From IMG/VR virus record IMGVR_UViG_3300032722_000013: a stretch of 20,000 bases of DNA; one strand, given 5' to 3'. Positions 8,419 through 15,682 of this stretch are shown in pieces; the first letter of the stretch is position 1, and each line of letters begins with the position of its first letter. The notes under the pieces are model-generated. The model did no database searches and was not told the DNA's origin. It worked only from the letters and a program-made list of their open reading frames with translations. Source of the DNA: an uncultured virus (IMG/VR IMGVR_UViG_3300032722_000013). Taxonomy: Duplodnaviria > Heunggongvirae > Uroviricota > Caudoviricetes. The translations under genes and the position numbers were made by a program.

Positions 8419-9579
8419 ATGCACCTGAAGCTTGATGATCTAGCAAACGTTGTGCGAACGACGATCAATGAGGAAAAGCTGACGCAAGCGTTCAAAGCGG
8501 AGATCAGCCGCGTTCTCGGTCCGATTGTCTTCGTTGAAGGCAAGCTCAACGAAGTTGCCACGAACGCAAATGACAGGCTCGACGTCCTCGATCGCACAGG
8601 TCGAACGGGCAGCCTGGATTTCAAACCGTCAATCACTGCGGGGTGGCTCGATTGTTCGGATCCTGAGGTCCGCAAGTTTGCGTCAAGGGTGTGTCCCGAG
8701 AAGTTCTTGCCGAAGATGAAGGCAGATCGCAACCCAGAAGTACGGGCAGCTGTCGCGGCGAGGCTTTCGCTACCAGCGGTCCGCGAGATGATGAAGCACT
8801 TTCCGCAGGACGATCAGCTGCGCACGATCTACAGGCAGAAGAAGAAGTTGCACGAGGATGGCATTCCGAACGCAAAGCCTGAGCCCATCGATTTTGACAT
8901 GTACGGTGAGAAACGTTTGGGTGACGCTGTCAAACAGAAGCCGGGCCGCGACCTCAGCGACGAGGACTATCATCAACTAGCGATGCAGTTCATGCACCAG
9001 TACGGTGGTAACATCGAGTACGCCTGGGAAGAACTAGCAGTGAGTCGTTACTGCAGGAGCCTGAAGCTGTCCTCCAACATCGAGGTCGATGAGAAGGAGT
9101 TGCTGAAGGCGATCAAGGACATGATCAAAGAGAAAGAGGATGATGCGATGAAACGGAATCCGTTGAAGGAGACGCTGGGCTGGCTCGAGGGTCAGGAAGA
9201 TCTCGAGAACCTCGCCGAGGGCGCGATGCCTGAGGTTGTCGAGCAGATCGACCCGGTCACTGAGCTTGTACACGGTGGCCACACCGGTGAGAAGTTCCTG
9301 GAATATGCGATGAAGCTGTTTCGCATTCAGGAAGCAATCCTTCCGATGTCAATTCGCAAGTGGCGGATGGCAGAAGGCAGCGCACGTCAGACGCGTGTTC
9401 CGTGCATCGGCATGCTCCCACACAAGGGTGGCTTCCGTGCTGTCGACGAACGCGCTCTCGACATGTTCTGCGAGGCGTGGGGACGTCAGCAGTCACTTGT
9501 AGGGGAGCCCTTCCGCCTTGAGTGGACGAACCATCCTTCGGACATGAACAAAATCGGTTTCACCTGCATCTTGAAGTGA
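8419..9579 (+). CDS. Hypothetical protein with two HEAT/LRV-like repeats, probable virion protein
   Basis: DCSDPEVRKFAS and ADRNPEVRAAVAARL repeats. N-terminus MHLKLDDLANVVRTTINEE. Strong SD. Confidence 0.7.
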   Translation: MHLKLDDLANVVRTTINEEKLTQAFKAEISRVLGPIVFVEGKLNEVATNANDRLDVLDRTGRTGSLDFKPSITAGWLDCSDPEVRKFASRVCPEKFLPKMKADRNPEVRAAVAARLSLPAVREMMKHFPQDDQLRTIYRQKKKLHEDGIPNAKPEPIDFDMYGEKRLGDAVKQKPGRDLSDEDYHQLAMQFMHQYGGNIEYAWEELAVSRYCRSLKLSSNIEVDEKELLKAIKDMIKEKEDDAMKRNPLKETLGWLEGQEDLENLAEGAMPEVVEQIDPVTELVHGGHTGEKFLEYAMKLFRIQEAILPMSIRKWRMAEGSARQTRVPCIGMLPHKGGFRAVDERALDMFCEAWGRQQSLVGEPFRLEWTNHPSDMNKIGFTCILK

Positions 9580-9586
9580 GGCACGC

Positions 9587-10213
9587 ATGCGCAATCGCAC
9601 TCTCGCGGAGTGGATAGCGGTCGAACCCGGGCCCTCGACGGGCGATGACGAGTTCGATTCGTTGATTGACAAGAAGGTTGGGCAGGTCAATGCGCTCAAC
9701 GCTCGAGACCGTGATCCTCAGATCGACGGTGAGTGGTGGAGCGGAATGCCATGTGGGCAGCTATCCGTCGTACTTGCCGGCCTGCGTTTCCTTGCAATGC
9801 TGCACCAGACGCATCACTGGATCTCACGCGGCGACACGTACTACGGTGATCACCTTCTCTTTGAGCGTCTCTACAACGAGACAGTCGATGAGATCGACAG
9901 CGTCGCAGAAAAGTCGATCGGACTAGGCGGCGAACAGAACGTGAACTTGCAGACGCAGATCAGGCAGATCGCGAGGCTTGTGACGATCGCGTCAGACGCG
10001 CAGACGATCCCGAATGCGAACGATCTTGCAAGAATTTCGCTCGCAGCTGAGAAGGCTTTCCTGACAACGCTCGACACGATGCTGGACTCCATGAAGCAGA
10101 CAGGTTGCTCAACAAACGGCGTTGACAACTTGCTTCAAGGGATTGCAGATGTTCACGAGACGCACGTCTACCTGCTCAAGCGTAGGTGTCAGAACAACGC
10201 ATTAGGGATGTAA
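9587..10213 (+). CDS. Dps/ferritin-like protein
   Basis: HQTHHWISRG..YYGDHLLFERLY..EIDSVAE matches the Dps ferroxidase pattern (HW..G....H..FE..Y.....D..AE). Confidence 0.8.
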   Translation: MRNRTLAEWIAVEPGPSTGDDEFDSLIDKKVGQVNALNARDRDPQIDGEWWSGMPCGQLSVVLAGLRFLAMLHQTHHWISRGDTYYGDHLLFERLYNETVDEIDSVAEKSIGLGGEQNVNLQTQIRQIARLVTIASDAQTIPNANDLARISLAAEKAFLTTLDTMLDSMKQTGCSTNGVDNLLQGIADVHETHVYLLKRRCQNNALGM

Positions 10214-10216
10214 CGG

Positions 10217-10990
10217 TCAGATTTGACCGCGGTTCCTCATGGCCCAAGCGACGGCCCATGGGTTCTTGACGCCCTTTGCCTTCTTCAAGGCCTTGACGGT
10301 CCTCTCGCCTTTCTTGCCGGGTGGCGCTTTCTGTGTAAGGTCATCCTCAGTGATGCCGACCTCATCATGCAGCAGCTCGCCGTTCTTGTCGTCCTTCGGG
10401 CGCGAGCAGTCGGGACACGTGCAGCTCGATGCATGACCCGGGTGACGTCCCCCTGCACCTGCTTCGTGGAACGATCCTCTGTACATGTTGAGGTCACGAC
10501 GTTCTGGTTCCACATTGATCATGCAGTCATCGCAGACGCGGTACGGGTTCTTCGCTTCCTCGGGCGAGAGAGGTTTGTCACAATCCTCGCATCGATCTCG
10601 CTTGCCCATGTCGATGCCCCAAGTTCCGCTTGATGTGATTCCCAGCTTAGCTTGGTTCATCTCATCATCCTCGTTGACGTTCGCAATGGGCATGCTTCCC
10701 GGGATCATACCACACTTGTGGCACTCTCCTCCTTCCATGGGAAGCATCGCACCACATTCATCGCAGATAACGCTTGCAGCTTCGTTGACGCTGACGGGGT
10801 TACTGTGCTCGAAGTCTGCGCCCCACCCGTTGTTCTCAGGTTCCTTGCCTTTGCCCATGTGAGAATGTCCGCCGCGTTCATCTGCAACGCCCGGGCCCAG
10901 GTCTGCCGCCTTCCCGATCGGTTCGCCGAACTTCTCTAGGAGAGTCTTGTAGATCTTCGTGACGGTGGCTTCATTCAACATGCGCTTCAT
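10217..10990 (-). CDS. Hypothetical Cys-rich protein, probable virion protein
   Basis: Start MKRMLNE lies 4 nt after ATACTTAC on the minus strand. Two CxxC..CxxC clusters, and a C-terminal KAPPG..VKALKK..NPWAVAW module. Confidence 0.7.
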   Translation of the reverse strand: MKRMLNEATVTKIYKTLLEKFGEPIGKAADLGPGVADERGGHSHMGKGKEPENNGWGADFEHSNPVSVNEAASVICDECGAMLPMEGGECHKCGMIPGSMPIANVNEDDEMNQAKLGITSSGTWGIDMGKRDRCEDCDKPLSPEEAKNPYRVCDDCMINVEPERRDLNMYRGSFHEAGAGGRHPGHASSCTCPDCSRPKDDKNGELLHDEVGITEDDLTQKAPPGKKGERTVKALKKAKGVKNPWAVAWAMRNRGQI

Positions 10991-10994
10991 GCAT

Positions 10995-11002
10995 GTAAGT
11001 AT
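10995..11002 (-). promoter_or_regulatory. Putative late promoter element ATACTTAC (minus strand)
   Basis: The + strand reads GTAAGTAT. It has the same 4-nt spacing to ATG as the element at 7756. Confidence 0.55.
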
Positions 11003-11018
11003 ATGCGCTTCTGCGGTG

Positions 11019-11048
11019 TTGAACATGATGGTCATGATGAGGTACCTT
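11019..11048 (+). promoter_or_regulatory. Putative promoter TGAACA-N17-TACCTT
   Basis: Recurring spacing. ATG 11055 follows 6 nt after the -10 box. Confidence 0.5.
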
Positions 11049-11054
11049 GAAGGC

Positions 11055-12032
11055 ATGAAATATGTACTCGTCACAGGCGCAGCAGGATTCCTCGGGAGTC
11101 ATCTCGCGCAGCGTCACCTGGACGCAGGCGACAGGGTGTGGGGTTTCGATTGCTTCATTTCGTCAGATCCAAAGTCGGGACACTTTGTCGACCTCCTGGC
11201 GAATGAACAGTTTGTCTTCAGGGAGCATGACATCACGGAGCGATCACTTCCGCCCGGGTTGCCCGCAAGGTTCGACACGATCTACAACTTTGCATGTCCG
11301 GCTTCGCCGCCTGCGTACCAAGACGTTCCTGTTTTCACTACGTTGACGTGTGTTGTCGGTACGTCTAACATGCTTGACCTTGCGGGCAGGATGAACTGCA
11401 CTCTCATTCATGCATCGACGTCAGAGGTGTACGGAGATCCATCAATCTCTCCTCAGGACGAGTCGTACAGGGGTTATGTCAACTCTTACGGTCCCAGAGC
11501 GTGCTACGACGAGGGAAAGCGCGCTGCTGAGGCGCTGTGCTACGACAACCTGCATTCGCACGAGGTTGATGCAAGGCTTGTCAGGATTTTCAACACGTAT
11601 GGGCCTCACATGGACCCGTACGACGGTCGTGTCGTCAGTAATTTCATCAGGCAAGCGTTGAAGCATGAAAAGCTCACGATCTACGGTGATGGACGGCAAA
11701 GTCGCAGTTTTTGCTACGTCGACGATCTGATCAGGGGCATCGTCGCAGTGGGTGCGTTGGAAGAGAACCCGCAGGGGCCCATCAACCTGGGAAATCCGAA
11801 TGAGTTCACCGTCAAAGAGCTAGCTGAGCAGGTGATCAAGAAGATCTACAGTGGAAATGAACTCAGCCTAGAGCTGAAGAACATGGTTGAATACAGTGAC
11901 ATCCCTGTCGACGATCCGAAGCAACGATGTCCGAACATCGCACGTGCGAAGAAGTTGCTGGATTGGGAACCAGAGGTGATGCTCGATGAGGGTCTAGACA
12001 AGACGATCGCGTACTTTAGGACGGTGGTGTGA
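11055..12032 (+). CDS. NAD-dependent epimerase/dehydratase, UDP-glucuronate decarboxylase (UXS)-like
   Basis: VTGAAGFLG, ACPASP, ASTSEVYGDP, CYDEGKR, RIFNTYGP, DGRVVSNF and DDPKQR. Confidence 0.92.
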   Translation: MKYVLVTGAAGFLGSHLAQRHLDAGDRVWGFDCFISSDPKSGHFVDLLANEQFVFREHDITERSLPPGLPARFDTIYNFACPASPPAYQDVPVFTTLTCVVGTSNMLDLAGRMNCTLIHASTSEVYGDPSISPQDESYRGYVNSYGPRACYDEGKRAAEALCYDNLHSHEVDARLVRIFNTYGPHMDPYDGRVVSNFIRQALKHEKLTIYGDGRQSRSFCYVDDLIRGIVAVGALEENPQGPINLGNPNEFTVKELAEQVIKKIYSGNELSLELKNMVEYSDIPVDDPKQRCPNIARAKKLLDWEPEVMLDEGLDKTIAYFRTVV

Positions 12033-12514
12033 TGCACAAGCGCGGGCCTATCTTTGACACGACCTGGTGCGAACGCAAGACGCTCGAGGAAGCTCAGAAG
12101 TTAGCGTTGAAGCTCTACGACGATCCTAAACACAAGCGTACGCCTGAGATGAAGATTCGCGACACCCATGTTGGCTTCGTGGGCGAGGTGACGAATGCCT
12201 GGCGAAATGACGCATTGAAAGGGTGGATCAGGAGACACATCGCGCTCAAGGACAAGACCGATGATGGCGGGATCGACTTCGTGGAAGAGGACGGCACGAC
12301 TGTCGGCGTCAAGACGATCGAAGTCGGCTACGCCTGTGTCAAGGTCTGCTCCCGCCGCGATGGCGTCTACCCTGACGTCTACATCGTGTACGAATGGGAC
12401 AGGAAGAACCACAAGATCTGGGAGGCTGGGCGCTTTACACAGAGCGACGTGCACGACATCATGTACCCCAACGGCTACCCCTGCAGGGGCGTCTACGTAA
12501 GTGAGCTAGTGTAG
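12032..12514 (+). CDS. Hypothetical protein, possible PD-(D/E)xK nuclease-like fold
   Basis: GFVGE ... DDGGIDF ... VGVKT pattern. Start coupled to the upstream stop. Confidence 0.55.
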   Translation: MHKRGPIFDTTWCERKTLEEAQKLALKLYDDPKHKRTPEMKIRDTHVGFVGEVTNAWRNDALKGWIRRHIALKDKTDDGGIDFVEEDGTTVGVKTIEVGYACVKVCSRRDGVYPDVYIVYEWDRKNHKIWEAGRFTQSDVHDIMYPNGYPCRGVYVSELV

Positions 12515-12545
12515 TTTGGGTCGGGAAGGGGTACGATGAAAGACG

Positions 12546-12575
12546 GTGTAAAGTACGCTGACTTGAGGGTACAGT
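12546..12575 (+). promoter_or_regulatory. Putative promoter of dnaE, TGTAAA-N17-TACAGT
   Basis: Recurring motif about 40 nt upstream of ATG 12613. Confidence 0.6.
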
Positions 12576-12612
12576 ACAAGCAACAGCTCACTCTAACGTG
12601 GGAAGGAAAGTG

Positions 12613-14976
12613 ATGACCTCAGACAACAGAAAGGAGACATCAGGGAACCCAGTGAGAGTGCCTCGCCGATTTTTCGGCCTGCACAACCACACTGGGTTCT
12701 CCTGATGAAGTAGATCCCCATTCGACGGGCTCGGCTACCCTGACGACCACTTCAAGTTTTGCATAGAGAACGGCCTTGACGGCCATGCAATCACCGAACA
12801 CGGTCAGATGACGTCCTATGCGCACGCTCAGCTCTGGGTCGAGAAACACAACAAGGAACGTGGTGACAAGCCACCGTTTCTGTACATCCCGGGCGTCGAA
12901 GCGTACTATCACCCCGACCTCAGCGCTTGGGCGAAGGACAAGGAACTCGCAGAGCAAGCTCGTGATGATAAGGCGGCTGCAAAGAAGCTAGCGAAGAAGC
13001 AAGAGGAGATCCGGACTCCGATCGTAGCAGTCGTGGACGCTAGCGACGAGACGGATGACTTCGAGACCAACAACGCCCTTACGATCGAGGACGAGGACGA
13101 GACGAAGTCGAACAAGCACTTCAACCCTGTCAACAGGCGACATCACCTCGTCGTCCTACCGAAGAACCAAAAAGGACTGCTGAAGATCTTCGCCGCTTGT
13201 TCAAAGGGCGCATTGCATGGTTTCTACAGGTTCCCTCGTATCGACTGGAACGTGCTCCGCGAAGCAGGAAAGGACGGCGACATCATCGCTAGCTCTGCGT
13301 GCATGGGCGGGCCGATGGCATACGCCGTCTTCCAGGAGGTCCAACGCACGGAGTTCGACAAGCTCAGCGAGAAATTGCTCGATGACGCTGCGCTTCGAGA
13401 AAGATGCATACTCAAGGTCGGCGACGTCTACGATCAGATGGTGAGTGCAATCGGAGAAGGAAACTTCTACCTTGAGTTGCAGTTCAACCGCATCCCAGCG
13501 CAGAACCTCGTCAACAGGGCGATCATTGAGTTCGCTAAGCGCTCCGGTCTGCAAAAGCAGCTGATCGTGACGGGTGATGCTCACTACTACGGTCCCGAGC
13601 TCTGGAAGGAACGTGAGCTGTACAAGCGTCTCGGTTGGATGGGACGTGAGATCAATCCTGAATCACTGCCTAAGTCTCGAGCTAGCCTGGCATGCGAGCT
13701 GTACCCGAAGAACGCTTCCCAGATTTGGGAGGAGTATGGGCGATCAAAGGAGGGCACGTCCTTCTATGATGATGAACTCATCGCTGACGCCATTGAGCGG
13801 ACGCATGACATTGCCCACAACGTCATCGGTGACATTCAGCCCGACCGTTCTCCAAAGTTCCCAACTGACAAGCTGATTCCGAAGGACACGCCTTCATTCG
13901 TGCATCTCCTGAACCTGTGCAAAGAAGGCATGCACAAGCGTGGGCTTCAGGACAAGCCCGAGTACATCACCCGACTCAAGGAGGAACTCGGAGTCATCAA
14001 GGCGATGAAGAACGAGGTGTACTTCATCTCGTATCAGAAGATCATGGAGCTAGCTCGCAAGGTGTGCCTGTGCGGACCTGGACGAGGTTCGGGAGGCGGC
14101 TCTTTGGTGGCATACGTCCTGTACATCACGGACATGGACCCGATCAAGTGGGACCTTCCGTTCGCTCGGTTCTTGAGCGTGTACCGAAAGGGATCACCTG
14201 ACATCGACACTGACCTTGCAGACCGCGACAAGGTGCTTGACCAGCTTCGCGGGTTCTTTGGTTTTGAGAACGTGGTGCCCATCTCGAACTACAACACGTT
14301 CAAGCTCAAGACGCTCGTGAAGGACATCGGCAAGTTCTACGGCGTTCCGTTCGAGGAGACGAACGCAGCCACGAGAACGGTCGAGGACGAGTGTCGCAAG
14401 GCAACGATGAGGGAGGGTGATGACAAGAACCTCTTCGTCTTGACATACGACGACGCAATGGGTTATCACTGCGTGCAGAAGGGCCCAGATGCGAAACCCG
14501 TCTGCGATGGCTGCACGCCTGGCTGTACGACCATGGTCAGCCCTTCGTTCAGGGCGTTCATGGAGAAGAATCCTCAGGTGCAGGAGAGTATCAAGATTCT
14601 GTTCAGACAGAACCGATCGCTAGGTCGCCATGCAGGTGGTGTACTCATTGCTGACGACCTTCCCAACAAGATGCCACTCATCGCCAGCAAGGGTGAACCG
14701 CAGTCACCGTGGTGTGAGGGTGTCAACTTCAAGCACCTCGAGTACATCGGCAACTTCATCAAGTACGATCTGCTCGGGTTGACGACGATGCGTATCATCG
14801 AGCGGACGATCGAGCTCATCCTTCAAGGGGAGGGCGGTATTGTAGAGCTTGATATTGATGGTGTACAGTATCGTTTGACAAGGAAGACACGTGTTCGACT
14901 AACGGACAAACGTATCGTTGAAGTTGGTTCACTGTGTGAAGGTGATGACATCATTGTGCCCATCGAAGTTTGTTGA
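12613..14976 (+). CDS. dnaE: DNA polymerase III alpha subunit, N-terminal part (PHP + palm/thumb), interrupted by a 15-nt in-frame gap with two TGA codons at 12703-12708
   Basis: LHNHTGFS[**SRS]PFDG, AITEHG, GVEAY, SSACMGG, GDAHY, GPGRGSGGGSLVAY, SPDIDTD, GRHAGG and KYDLLGL. ATG 12613 (SD AAGGA) is in frame with ORF 12808..14976. Confidence 0.88.
12638..12717 (+). other. Candidate translational bypass element: long hairpin plus matched TCC take-off (12700-12702) and landing (12715-12717) codons
   Basis: CATCAGGGAACCCAGTG (12638-12654) pairs with CACTGGGTTCTCCTGATG (12690-12707), giving 17 bp with one bulge. Inner stems are GTGC/GCAC and GCCGA-TTTT-TCGGC. Confidence 0.6.
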
Positions 14977-15682
14977 CGTCTGGCACGTCTATCAAGACTG
15001 GACGATCGAAGACGTTCCTCGTTGCTTCTATTGTGGTAAAGGCGATGATGATCGTATTGCTCGTAGGTACCGCAACAAACATCACAAGAACGTTGCGTTG
15101 AAATACGGTATGAAGCGTATCATTGTAATGAGCACACATGATGAGCAGTTCGCTCTTGATGAGGAGATTAAGAACATCGCTGAACAACACACGTATGTCT
15201 ATGATCCACAGTACAATGGAATTGGTACGAACTATACCATAGGTGGTGAAGGAACATCCGGACATAAGGATACCCCTGAGCAAAGAGATCGTCGACGTAT
15301 TTCGCAGACATTGGCGTGGCGTGATCCTGTTGTGCGACTCGCACGTATAAAAGCGCGTAATCGTCCGGATGTCAATGAAGCGTTGAAAGCTCGCGCTCGT
15401 ATTACGCAAAGCGCGAATTGGAAGGATGATGATTATCGTGCAACACAATGCGTTGCGATTCGAGTTGCGCAAAATAATCCACAAACACAAGCAAAAAGAC
15501 GAGCGTCTAATTCGATTGCTGCACAAGAACAGTGGTGCAGCAATCGTGAGATGATGCTTTCTATTCTGCAAAGTGATGCGTACAGAGAAAAGCAACGTCT
15601 AGCTCATGTGGGGAAGAAACAACGCTGCGGATTGTGCGGTGAATTAGGACACAAACGTTCTTCATGTAAGAAAGGACGATGA
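14945..15682 (+). CDS. Putative homing endonuclease (GIY-YIG-like N-terminus, helical repeats, C-terminal CCHC zinc knuckle) inserted in dnaE
   Basis: VYQDW....PRCFYCGKG...R, ALDEEIKNI and NYTIGGEG, ending CGLCGELGHKRSSC. AT-richer than the flanks and overlaps both dnaE halves. Start uncertain (TTG 14918 or ATG 14945). Confidence 0.78.
   Translation: MTSLCPSKFVDVWHVYQDWTIEDVPRCFYCGKGDDDRIARRYRNKHHKNVALKYGMKRIIVMSTHDEQFALDEEIKNIAEQHTYVYDPQYNGIGTNYTIGGEGTSGHKDTPEQRDRRRISQTLAWRDPVVRLARIKARNRPDVNEALKARARITQSANWKDDDYRATQCVAIRVAQNNPQTQAKRRASNSIAAQEQWCSNREMMLSILQSDAYREKQRLAHVGKKQRCGLCGELGHKRSSCKKGR

Noticed and set aside
12510..12537. Extra promoter-like TGTAGT-N16-TACGAT (and a lone TATGAT at 3304)
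   Set aside because: Off-consensus -35 or spacing, so too weak to call, though not excluded.
12703..12708. Genome-wide TGA reassignment as the explanation for the in-frame stops
   Set aside because: TGA ends many genes here, often in ATGA overlaps (1969, 4146, 5358, 15682, 17310, 19800). Readthrough would also add five residues inside a fixed-spacing motif.
12702..12760. CUGAUGA matches the hammerhead ribozyme core (and UGAUGA a C box)
   Set aside because: No GAAA follows the possible stem II and no consistent stem I/III arrangement is visible.
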